Positions 1 to 11,890 of a stretch of DNA of 64,000 bases are shown here, piece after piece. The translations under genes and the position numbers were made by a program. The stretch is from positions 66,650,001 through 66,714,000 of the forward strand of contig CM060731.1 of the NCBI GenBank assembly GCA_030704615.1. Direction: 5' to 3'. Below the pieces are notes generated by a model, which did no database searches, was not told the DNA's origin, and was given only the letters and a program-made list of their open reading frames with translations. The stretch comes from Takakia lepidozioides. Lineage: Eukaryota > Plantae > Bryophyta. How positions within the stretch are numbered: position 1 is the first letter of the stretch; the number at the start of each line of letters is the position of its first letter.

Positions 1-531
1 AAATGTATCTTTATACTACTACCAATGATCATGCGCACCTGAAAAGTTCCAAATGTGAAACGAATGTGGGGTTTGGCTAACAAGGATGACCGTGTATGAT
101 ATTCCAAGATTTGTCATCAAACTCTCGTTCATTTACATTTATTTGTGTAAGACTGTGCGCCAAGATTTCTGGGATTCGCTGTTATTTTTAAATATTGAAA
201 CCGTTCTAATAAAGAACACGCCGTTTATTTTGGGCGACACACGTCAGACATCCATAACTGAATACGAACAGCTGTACACCAATTGCTGGCATGTGCACTA
301 ATAAGGGAACGACTATGTGTAACGGTCACGCGAGAGGGAATCCAATGCTTCTAGAGACACGCAAGAACGCAGGCAATCCCGCAAGAAATCGGGAGTCACT
401 GCGTTTTTCTACTTTTCGCGCTTAGAGAGAGAGTGGTAGTCAAGGTGGAGAGGGTTCATTCTACAATACGAAAGAGAAGAAAGTCTCTTTATTTTACTTC
501 CCTTAGAGAGAGACGCAGAGCAAGAGAGCAA

Positions 532-3500
532 ATGACGAGGCGTCGTTTGTTGGAGAACACAGGGCCAAGGCAGCAGGTGAACGCGGAGACTGATTCAGAA
601 GAGCAGACGGAGACTGAGGCAGCGGCTGTGACACAGTCGGCGATACAAGTGAGCCAGCCTGTGGAGGCAGAGATGATTTGCAAGGACACTGAAGGAGGTG
701 GAAGCACGCGGAACGCCGAACCGGGAGAAGGTCCGTAAACCCTAGAGCAGACAGAAATTCCAGCAGATGTGAGAGGGAAGAGGAAAGCTGCAGAAGGGGA
801 TCCAATTTCAAAACCTAAGAAGACGCCAGTACATTTTATCTAACTTACATTTCATTGTTGAAGATATGCGTAGAGATTGAGTGGAATGTCCCAGACAGGG
901 ATTGTCGCTACCGACCATCACAAAGGTGATTTGCTTTCTACTCCTCTGCTAAGGGTTTACCGCACAATGAGTGGGTGACTATCGGTACAGTCATTCACTG
1001 TTGTTCAGATCATACAGTCTGTCTGATTGCCTTTCAAGGAGTCCTTCCTCTTCCCTTCTTTAGCAGGAACTACTGAATTGCAAGCGTCGTTAACGCCATT
1101 CGATTCTCCTCATGAGATTTATGTACCTATGTGTTTGAAGAGAGAGTGAGGGTCGGCATACCGTCAATCATCGTTGTTCAGACCATACAGTCTATCTGAT
1201 TGCCTTTCAAGCAGTCCTTCCTCTTCCCATGCTGGCGACGGTAATCACAGTGGAGTCAATCTGAATAATCTGCACTTACTGTCCGCCCTAAACTATACTG
1301 AATGTCGTTGCCGCCAATCACTTGCACATAGATGTCATTACACAACACCGATCCGGCAGGTCGTTATCTTTTGTGATTGTCGTTAACGCCGTTCGCTATC
1401 GCTCTCGCTTTTGTTTTGAATACGGCAGTATCAGCTTTGCTTGTGTAGATTGTGCTGAATTGTTTCACACCATTCATAGTGAGTTTCTTTGAGACAAAGT
1501 GATGGTCGTTACCGCCATTCACTATTTGCAAATTACTCAGTCAGAACTGAATGGCATCGTGCAGAAAACTGTGAGGTCGAAGCCTACAGGATCAGAGGGG
1601 AAAGGATCTGGAGATGGGGACGAGTCCGCAAAAAGCTCAGAGAATACAGATGAAGCAGATGAATCTGAAGTGCACTACCTTGACAAGGTGAAAGAACTCA
1701 TGTCATTCCAGAAGGTAAACTCTCAGGAGGTTATAAGGGACATGCTCGTATCTGGAGGGCGTCTGGACATCCCTCTGTGCCGGATGATATCAATGCCTGT
1801 TGTGCGTCCACCTCTTTCTCATGACATAACAAAATTGGAGAGTGATTTTGTGCATGGATATAGACTTGGTGCACAAGTTTTTTATCTATCACTGACGGAT
1901 ATAAATGGGAAAAGCACATTAGTGTCTCCAGAGATCAGTGATAACTGGGATGAGTGCTGGAAAGATGCCAATGAGGAGTTCGAGCTGGGCCTCATGATGG
2001 GAAAGAACACCCAGCAATTCTACAACCACATGTTCTACGTCTGGGACGGCAACCACCGATTGCTGGCATGGATGGGATACATTCAGAAACACCATGCGAA
2101 AGACAAAGACAAACATGTTGTTGTGGAGGCAATGGTTTTGGATCCTGGAAACGACATCGTTAGGCTTCTTACAGCTATGCACGACGTGAACAAGTAAGTC
2201 ATCCAGGAGATTTCATTCCCTCTGTAGTGTCTTATTAATCCTCAAAAAACAGTGTTAAGGAATGCAATGTTTCCAATGTTTTTGCAGATCGACAGAGAAA
2301 TTGCATGTGACAACAAGCTTCGTTCACACACTATTCCGAATTCAGAGGATTGGTGTGATGAAGCTGGATGATTTTCGGACAATACTACCACCCAATATCA
2401 CCAAGAAGTGCGAAACAGGAAGAGCTGCAGGCACTTGGTATTCTTTGACACGAGAGGCGTTTCTGGAGTACATGTATGCGGTAAGCCTGAGTCTGTACTC
2501 TGTTTACTTTTCGAATACATGTTTGTAGTCCCTTCGGAGCTAATCACTACTTGAATCAATGCAGCAAGAACTGGCAGAGGCAGCTGAGAAGGGAAAATCC
2601 GAATATTACCGCATTACACCATAGGAACTAAGGACATCAAAGGGTGTGGAAACTGCAATAAAGAAGGAGTTTGAAATGCGAAGAACCAAATTGATGTCCG
2701 CCTTCGGAAAGCAGCTTAGAATAGTAGATCCTGGACTTGGTCCTGAGTTCCTTCAGCAGATCAAAACACACTATGACAAGCATGTGCATCCGGAGATGCA
2801 GCAGGAGAAATTGCACCGGCTGGCCATATCGATGGTCGACCCACAAACAAAAATAAGGTGGCTGGAGATATGGAACTCAGATCAAACAGTAAAGGACTTG
2901 AATCAGTTCCCAAAGAGCACCATACAGCCTGGCACAAAGGTGGAAGGAATCAGTGATTTGGTGTTTGATAACTGGCTTCACAAGGCTACATTTTGGAGTC
3001 ATGTGTGTATTCAAACATGTCGTTTTCTTCTCTTCAAGTATGTGATGAGTATCTTATTTGCAATTCTGACAAATATACTATTTGCAGCTCGAAAAACGCG
3101 TCGTCATTGTGCTGGATCAGATTTTGAAGGACCTGAACATTTCGATTGTTTCCCCTCCCCAAATGTCATTGGAGGCATACATAAGGAAGTGGAGAGGTCT
3201 CACCTGGAGATACTGTTTTTTCCGGGAGTTCTCCAAAGATGGTAACATTTTACGGTCCAACGACTTTGACAGTCAGGTTGGAGGAAAGTGGGCCATGATG
3301 CGAGTTGTGTACAGGTGCAATGTCATACTTGAAACTCTACTGCTTTTTTTGGGAAAAAATGTGGCTTCATAAGGATTGCAATCATAGATCCAGATTGAAT
3401 GTCGTTGACGACATTCACTTCTTTGTCTGAGTCATTCTTAAGCGAGTATATGAATTCACCTGGTTAGGATCTAAGGGTGTAATTATAGTGTCCCTAATTA

Positions 3501-6141
3501 GAATTGATAATGTCTTTGAATGGCGTTGACGACATTCACATCCGGAGTTGTTGAAAGGTCCTCAGAGTTATGTAAATTTTTGTAATGTCCATAGAGGTTA
3601 CAGTGAAGGTTCCTCACTTCATATTGTTGAATGTCAATGCAGACATTCAGTTGTTCTGCATTGTTTTTGCCTCTTACGAGGAATCTGGAGGCTTGATAAG
3701 CTCTGTTATGAGAAATCCAAAGTGAATGTCGTTGACGACATTCACTTCTGTGTCTGTATTATTCAACAGCGACAATTTGAATTTACATGGATTGGGAGCT
3801 AAGTAATTGGTTCCTTGTTGGTATTTTTGTGAATGGCGTTGACGCCATTCACATACAGTGTTGTTGTGAGGTCCTCAGTGATATGTTCGTTATGAATGTG
3901 CATTGAGTTTTCCTGGAGGGTTCCTTACTCGAGTTTATGATTTCCATCATGTGATTTTGCTTCATTTGAGGAATAATTAGGCTTGATTAGTGAATGTCGT
4001 TGACGACATTCACTTCTATGTTGTGTCATTCCAAAACGATAGTTTGCATTCACCTGGATTAGGGTGTATTTACAGTATCATTGAATGGAATGTTTTGAAT
4101 GGCGTTGACGACATTCACATCTGGAGCATTCGTGTGGTCCTGAAAGGTCCTTGGAGCAGTTCTCAGAGCCATTTCAATCTATGTTTTTTTCATTCTGTTC
4201 TACTTTCATCTTACTCACTGAGCGCTTTTGTGGGTTGGGATTTATCTCATTTTTTCAGGTACACGAAATATGTGCTTATGGAAGGAAATCACCTGAGCGG
4301 AATTCCAGACTATCTTGACATGTGGTCGGACCCTGCAAACGATCCAACTATGTATACTGCAGGGATATTGAAGGACTGGAGTCCTTCTCACTTCAGAGAC
4401 TGTGGGTGGTACCTTGACTACCCACCGGAGCACACGACCTTTCAAGAACAACATATGAAATACTTGAACAATAATGCTGAGATGCTGGCGCCTTTGATTG
4501 ACGAAGAGTACCAACGAAACATAACAACATTGGCTGCCAAGGAGCCTGATGCTCAGGGAACGCCGCAGAAAGGAAAGAAGGCGGGCCGCAAACCAAAAGA
4601 CAAGGCTGTTGATGTCATAGCCATCTCACTAGCAAAGCCAAAGGATAAAGACAAGTCCAAAGAGAAGGAAAAGGACAAGGGGAAGGAGAAAGAAAAGGAG
4701 ATGGAGAGTGGGCAGGACTTTACTGCTGGAAAATATACCCGCACTGTTCAGTGCGTGTTTGATGCCAAGCCACACCCTTCCCGTTCTGATTCGGCAGGAG
4801 AGATGAAAATTGTTAATGAGGGTTGGCTGTTGATGATGCAGAGTCGAAAGAGAGGATACACTGAGGTGCCATCGCCTACCTGGGATAATATAATCTCATT
4901 CCTCAATCTGGTGAGAATTCCAGTTTCTTTCCTTTTTCTCTGAAAGTTTCGTTGGCAGTATTTCAGTCTCGTTCTTTGAAAACATTCTTGTTTTCGTTCT
5001 TATAAAAAACATGTTTGTTGCAGGTGAGCACAGGTCCCACCTTCGTGTGCGGTGTGCAGAAAACTTATGCGGCCAACATTGTCATTCTCGACATTCCGGA
5101 TGGCCAGGCTGTGCCAGAAGTTCTTCCAAAGGGCAAGACGCCAGGCTGGAACAAATTCGAGGACAACTACTGGAGTTGGGTGTTCGGGTTCTGTAATAAC
5201 TTCCTCTATGATGCAGGGACACTTCTGCTTTTTCAGTCATGTGACAATGATAGTCGTCGGGCATTGGCATCATACCTCAAGTCTTCAGGGTTTGAAGTTT
5301 TGCGCACATGGAATTGTGTGAACAGCCTCTACCTTGTGAAAGGGGGTTTCCTTGGTCAGCTGGTATGCCGTCTCCCTTCTGCTTGTGCTTTCATGATGAG
5401 TTTCAATGTTCTCTGCAGCTCCACTCTAGTAGAATCTGTTATGATCGACACCGATCATCACCGATTCGTGATAAAAATGATTTTTTTGTGTCTGAGTTCT
5501 GAATAGCTGATGTACACACTTCCACTATAGATTGTGTTTACCACACTAACCTGCTATCTTTGGCAGACGAGGATGTTCGAGGCGATCTGCCTGCGGAGGA
5601 TTCGCACCTCAAAGACACCATCCTCTATCCGCAGCTTTGAGATTTCTGACCATGGTTGTTTCGTCAACCCCCACTATGAGCCCCATGTCGATGACATTTT
5701 GTACAACTTCATGCAGTCCAGTCAGACTCTGAAGAGACCAGATGGCACTCCCTGGAGAGGTGCAAAGGAAAAGTCCCCAGCGTTCATGCAAATACTGCTG
5801 GAGTCATGCAGCCACCGCTCTGCACGGGTGGTCAATCTTTCTGTGTCCACAAGTTTGTTCTTTCCCTTCCGAATTGGTTTTCTCTCAACAGTTTCATCTG
5901 CTTAAATCCCCCCCACCAAACTGTTCATGTCCTCCTGTCTGGTGCAGGAGCAACTTACCATGCATGCAAGGCAGGCGGAAGAAGCCTTTTTGGCATGGAG
6001 GGTGATTCTGACCTCTACAACACAGTGCTCCTCCCCCTTTTGTCTGGCTCCACTTCAGGCACACAGACTGATCGGATTCAAATTCAAAATGATGACGATC
6101 CCGAAGATAAGCAGGTCGACAACGACTTTTCATGTGAGTAA
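532..6141 (+). pseudogene. Multi-exon ParB/Srx-like + N6A/N4C DNA-methyltransferase-like fusion gene (copy A), with in-frame stop
   Basis: Approximate GT-AG exons: 1565-2193, 2289-2480, 2565-3002, 3088-3314, 4259-4910, 5024-5362, 5567-5851, 5947-6141. Motifs: YVWDGNHRLLAW (DGNHR at 2045-2059), ANIVILDIPDG (DIPDG at 5090-5104), PWRGAKEKSPAF..CSHRSARVVNLSVST/GATYHACKAGGRSLFGMEGD. In-frame TAG at 2622-2624. Start codon and first exon uncertain. Confidence 0.75.
3396..4117. repeat. Intronic array of six ~22-26 bp palindromes TGAATG(T/G)CGT-TG-ACG(A/C)CATTCA
   Basis: Copies at 3396, 3517, 3721, 3828, 3989, 4096. They sit in about three diverged ~270-320 bp tandem units of two palindromes each. 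Confidence 0.9.
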
Positions 6142-6969
6142 GTGCTAAACCCTCTTTGGGAGCCATACTCAATTTCTCAATAACATCAAAGTTACAGTAA
6201 TAACTTTTTCAGGCTGTCTTTCAGGAAAGGCAGCGGTGGATCTTCAGGAGATACAGTCCGAGTCTGTTTTCGACAGCCCCCTTTCCAATTTTCTGCTTCA
6301 TGTTTATGCCGAAGCAATGACACTTCACGCGGCCGAGTCCCTATCCCCTGACTTTTTAGTGGCCAGCCGTAGGTGTATCCAACGTGGATCCGGTGTTCTA
6401 AAATACTTAGACTTAGATGCAGAGGAAGCGGGGATACATTGTACTGACTCTGAGTCAGACTGAACTGTATTATTTTAATATTCATTTTCATACTATCTGG
6501 AAAACGTTGAATCCCCTTCCTCCACCGTAGTTGTTCCTTTAGAACAAATAATAATCACAGAATCAACTTCATTTAAATTGCAATATGTATGAATCCATCT
6601 CACAAACCTCCCTGACTCTTCTCATATCCATTGTGCATTTATCTACAGTGTATTCATGCGTGCTCCATTCATGAATTTTTTCCTTTGTTCAACATCCATT
6701 GTACATTCATCCTCTGTACTCTTTAATCCACCCCACAAACCTTCCACACTCATTTCATATACGTTGTGCATTCGTCAAAAGTTTTGGTCATGCATCTTCC
6801 TGTCATGAATTTTTGTCATTGCTCAACATCCATTATACATTCATCTATTTTACTCTTATCCATCCCTCATTCATCCATCTACATTCATTTTTCACACTCA
6901 TCCATCTGTTTATCATCCAACTGTACATTCATCCATCCTTTATTCAATGCCTTTTATTATGTCGTCCAG

Positions 6970-7160
6970 CTTGTTTCCGCGGTAAAGGGTGCCAATCCGC
7001 GGGAATACACTCCACTTCTTTCTGGGCGCGTGGTGACGCGGCCTTCACGTGTGATGACGTGGAGTGAGCCCCGTGACGTGGCATTTGCGCAAGGTGACGT
7101 GGCGTGAGCGCAGTTGCGCTCACGCGCTCACGTGACCAGGCTCACGCTGAGGCATCCCTG
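6970..7160. repeat. GC-rich subterminal motif cluster of the element (TGACGTGGC, GCGTGAGC/GCTCACGC)
   Basis: Same motifs at all element ends: 43873-44100, 52657-52870, 61100-61283, 63850-64000. Confidence 0.8.
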
Positions 7161-8395
7161 CTGTCCCTCGAGCAGCAACGCGTGCTCCTGAACCAAGAGG
7201 AGCGGATGTGGATTTTGATCCACAAAGGGGGGAAGCGAGTCGTCAGACAAAACTTCCACAGTCCTTTACATTGGCTGAGACAATGCCACCTACGCCATCA
7301 ATGCACCCACTCGCCCAAGTGTGTCAGAGGTAGAGCCACGAATACCATTGGAGAGAGTTGGTGTGGCTCGGGAAATGCCAGTGGGTGGTGCTGTAAAACA
7401 AGGTGCAGCCAGTACATTGTTGGGGGCGGCTGCGGCGGTTTGCTAAGGTCCATTATTTTCTGCAATGACCATTGCAATGCCGGGGATTCGGCCAGCTGCT
7501 GTGTTCAGACTAGCAGCTAGACTCTGTGAGAGTGGTGATGCATCGGCACTATCTGCGGAGATAGCAGATAAGGTGCAGTCTATGGATGTTTTTGGATTCG
7601 AGGGTGAAGTCAGCCACAGCTGCGCCATGGCAAGCGGCAGCTGCAAGGTTGCAGGAGTTGTCAGCTAGGCCAGCCATTGAGCGCAGCATGATGACTCCTG
7701 GGGTAGTCCTGGTGGACAATTAGGATGGAGTGTTTCAATTGGGTGGCCCAACCGGGAGGAGGTATAGGCCACTGCGGGTCTTGTTGGACTCGGGAGCACA
7801 GTCATTGATGTTGGGGAGAGCAGCAATTGCAGGCTTGGGCCTCACAGAGGCGGATTTGGAGCCTTGCCCTTTCCAAATTCAAACATCTTTGGGTGGTTCA
7901 GAGAAGGCGCGAGGGATTACACGCCATGAACTCTTCATTCGATTGCAGCCAAATCATCCTATGGACGGCTCAGTCATGAGAGCTAAAGCCATTGTTACAG
8001 ACGCGATGTCCTATGATGTGCTTGTTGGTGGGGCTGTGTTGTACCCCATGGGCAGTCGGAATGGCAGTCAGGGGATGGTCGACGTGCACTGCTCCCAATG
8101 CGGTTTATTGGGAATATAACGGTGGATCATAGGAACATGATGCCCACATTGGTTGCATTCTCAGGGGTGGCGGCTTGGGGTGGTGAGCTCTTGGAGGGAA
8201 ATAGCCATGCAGATGATAGGCCACCTCCTGATGAGGACAAGCAATTGGCATACAAGGCTGAGTTGCTTCCTCATGTTCCTATGCATAGCTCATTGTGGAA
8301 TACAGTTGGGGATTTGCAGCGAGTGGCAAGCCAGTGTGTGCAGCAAGCATGGGGGAGTTCAGTTACATCACCTGGACCTCCTCAATTAGCTCCAT
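7161..8395 (+). mobile_element. Degenerate Ty3/gypsy-like LTR retrotransposon fragment (retropepsin-like aspartic protease)
   Basis: ORF 7730-8119 contains LRVLLDSGAQSLMLG (D-S-G protease motif) and a downstream YDVLVG motif. Flanking frames are broken. Confidence 0.6.
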
Positions 8396-10747
8396 CACAA
8401 CAACAAAAAAACACGGAATAACCACTGGCCCTTTAACCACTACTGTCTTTTTCCACTCTATAAACCACTAGTAACCACTTACTAGTGGTTAATCCCAATG
8501 AAATGCCACGGTGGCATCACAGATAGTGGTTGGAAGTGGTTTCAACCACTCAGTAGTCCACGTGTAATAATTTGTTTTTATTTATTATTATTTATTTGGT
8601 AATACATTTTAATTAATAAATATAATATTCGACGTGGACGAGTGCAGTGGTAAATTATGAGTGGTTATAGACACCTCAATGATGGGAAGTGGTTGAAACC
8701 ACTTGCTACTCCACGTGTAATAATTCAAATTTTATTTGTGATTTATGATTTGAAAATATATTTTAATTCATAAATATAATATTCCACGTGGACGGGGACA
8801 GTGCACGTTGATCTTGAGTGGTTAAAGACACCTCATTGATTTGTACCACTTTGACAGTGGTGGAGAGTGGGTGGTGAAAGATACTGCAGTAATTGGAACC
8901 ACTATTCTAGTGGTTGCTCATGAGTGGTTGCCTACAGACAAGTGATTGGTACCACTTTTTGGGTGATACATGAAAAAATTTAAGTGGTTTGTGCAGCTGT
9001 GACAGACTTTGAAAAACAGACAAGTGGCCAGACCATTGTGGCATGATGATATTGAACAAATGGTTCCAACAATAAACTTTATTCTGAATCTGAAACATAT
9101 TCGTCACCCTCTGAATCACTTTGCTCAACTGGAATAACGGTTGGTTGCACAAACGCCGCTTGAATGGTAGCCAACATAGCCAAGTCTTCTTTATTTAGAG
9201 CCGTGGCACCATCTAATGACCTAGGTATTGGCTGATCTGATAAGGTGGACGGTGCCTGACGGCCATCGAAATCTGCATTTTCGCCAATGTCACATTGATC
9301 TATGTCCGCCACAATCATTTTTGCTCTTGGATCCTTCCGAAGGACTACCTTCCACTCCGAACTTGGGGACTCATCCGAAAAGAACACCTGTTCAACTTGA
9401 GATGGAAAGATGAACGGCTGATCATTGGCGGGTAAGATGAGTGAGCAAAATGACTTGTAAATGAACATGCTCTTCCAAAAAGTCACTCACTTAGACATTC
9501 ATTTACTACAGAAGTGGTTATCATCACGATGAATCACTGACATTTGTGACTTTGTGGGTGGTTCTATTACACTGGTGACAGTCACAATTGCATTTGAACT
9601 TGATATATATGAATAAGGTGCAATGAAAAAGAAGAATTCACTGCACCCAAAGAACCATCACATTGGTATTGTTCAACACATACAAATGTGCTGCATCTCT
9701 CTCAGCTCCACTCATGTCCCACTTTTTGCCGACACCTTCCAAGACCTCGTTCTCAACCCCTTCCTCCGCATTTGCATCCCAAATCCGCCGTTGAGTTGCA
9801 TCAAAACATTGTATATACTCACTCATGAACCCCATGGCCTCATCAAGAACATACTTGCAAGATGTGTCACAAAAGGCTACAAAGGGCGTCCAGTATGTTC
9901 TTGGCCATAAGCAGGAAAATCGTGGATGCTCCACAGTAGTATGGCGCGTAGTATGAAGGATCTCTCACCAACATGTTTACTCCATCGAAGGAAAAACCAA
10001 GCCTTACATTGCGAGGCTCTGCTGCAAAGTCGGGCCAAGTAGCATCAATGTGTTTCCAAGCCTTTGAATCAGCTGCATGGTGCACAATGCCATCGTTGTT
10101 TGCATTCCAACTGTATCATGTCATTAATTCTGCAATAGAAGAACATCTATACATACGATGGATGAGGTTACATAGTCATGATGACTACTGGGGATTTTGT
10201 AATTTGGTGTGTATAATACAATTAAAACACCATATATTCACATGAATGACTAATGGGTGTTTGGTTAGCAGGTAGTAAACTATAACTCTTACAGTAAAGA
10301 GGTTGGAGGTTCAAACTCCTCTTAAGTACAATTAAATGGATAAGATGGCCCTAGGGTCAGTAGGCGAGCTAGGGATAGCACGCGACACCTTAGATGGGCT
10401 GCCACGTGGTTTTTTACATTATTATAAAATGCATTATGCCATGTGGCACAACGCAGTACGATGCAACGTTTGACATTTTTTTTTAAATATTTTTATTTTA
10501 TTTTTTATTTTTTTTAATCAATTACGCCTCGCCTCGTGGCGCGGCAGCGGCGACTGCAATATGGTATATATGACTGCAGTGAGAGATATCACTTGGTTTA
10601 TCTGACTGTAGTCATCCGGACCGTACCATCCTGTACTCATTGTATTCACTTGGTTTGCACGATTTACAGTCATAGAAGTCATATGTACCGTTTATGACTG
10701 CATAATAGTTATATATACAGTCATAAATACCGCGATCTGTTGTAGTG
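8396..10747 (-). mobile_element. CACTA (En/Spm) element remnant with internal deletions
   Basis: Minus-strand fragments HHAADSKAWKHIDATWPDFAAEPRNVRLGFSFDGVN (Tnp2-like), EAMGFMSEYIQ, and DQPFIFPSQVEQVFF..EWKVVL. TGTTGTAGTG (= CACTACAACA) ends at 10747 and CACAACAACA starts at 8396. Dense subterminal AACCACT and TGACTG repeats. No matching 3-bp TSD. Confidence 0.75.
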
Positions 10748-11584
10748 TTGCAAACCTTGTGATACAAGAGCTAAATTCTCCTAGCTCTCCAATTCCTTGG
10801 TGCATGCAACTTCACCAAGCACATTTCCTTGCAATACCTTGCAAGTCTTGTGAGATACTTGAGTTTTTCCTAGCTCTCTCACTCCTTGGTGTACACCAAC
10901 ACAAGTGCTAAACTAATCCTTATACTCCGCACTCACAAGCATAAGCTCATCTTCTTGTAGTGATAATGAAAGTGAATACAATGGAAATACTCCACTCATG
11001 AATCCACTCAATCACATAAACTAAGTTAAACCAATGGCATTTTTGCTAAAAGAATCCACCCTACAAAGCCCTCACCACACTCCTTCTCAATACCTAGAGC
11101 TATTGATAGTGTGATGCCCAATGCTAAAGTGACTCTTTTTAGAGCTCACTCGGACTTACAGTCTGTAACTCGGAAAGCCTGGGAGGTGTTGGTTGCGGCT
11201 TTCACAGAGCATAGAAGGCAGGAGACAACAATTACTCGCTCGCATTAACTCAACTTAGGGAAAGGGAAGCATCTTTTGCTGTATAGTTGCTGAATTGCAA
11301 CTTACGTGTAACGTCTTCCCTGCATGCTAGGAGTTCGCATAGTGCAAAGTTCTCCCCTTTGGATGGCGAGGATCCATAGGTCAATTGGCGCCACAGACGC
11401 AGCTTCAGGAAAGCTAGGTCTAAAATCCATCTTTCTTTCGAGACTAGCAAAACAATGCGTGATAGCTGCTAGCTGTCTGCTTTTCCCTTGAGCCTTTTGT
11501 TCGGTGCCTCATGCCGAGGTTACTCTGAAAGAGGTTATTTTCTACTCTCACTAGGATGGGCCTAATGTGAGCAGGCACAGTGTT

Positions 11585-11890
11585 TCTATTTTTGTTTTTT
11601 TTTAATTTTTTTTTAAAGAACAGGGGACAGAGGCCCTGGGAAACTTTATTGATAATGACAAAAGAAGACAAACAAGGGAAAAAAAAACCTTGCGGGAGAG
11701 CAATGGAGACCAGCAGATGAGACACTTCTCAGTAGCCAGAGCTCCAAAATAAGGTTATATCAGAAAAACTACTAGAACGGACACCGGCCAAGGGAAGAGA
11801 TGAGAGATAATATAATACCACACCGACAAGGTAGCAAGATTTGAACCAAGAATCACCTTGGTTGCACTCAGTGCACTATCCAACTGGTAT
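11585..11890 (-). mobile_element. tRNA-derived SINE-like element, degenerate
   Basis: Minus-strand B-box-like GGTTCAAATC (11837-11846) and T-rich tract (A tail) at 11585-11615. Similar to 34327-34540. Confidence 0.5.

Larger units (their letters stand above)
1..7160 (+). mobile_element. Mutator-like (MULE) transposon carrying a ParB-MTase gene, copy A (right part only; transposase presumably upstream of the window)
   Basis: Near-identical to 57102-61283 of copy B from base 1 onward (AAATGTATCT..TACTACCAATGATCATGCGCACC). Similarity stops at GCTCACGCTGAGGCATCCCTG (7140-7160), whose reverse complement matches the copy C end GGGGGATGCTTCCGCGTGAGC (43873). Confidence 0.85.

Noticed and set aside
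3396-4117. CRISPR-like array (palindromic repeats with spacers)
   Set aside because: It lies in a spliceosomal intron of plant DNA. Spacers are 80-180 bp, unequal and homologous to each other, and there are no cas genes.
6699-7107. His/Ile/Ser-rich ORFs (also 60788-61238)
   Set aside because: They are translations of the low-complexity CATCC tract and terminal repeats.
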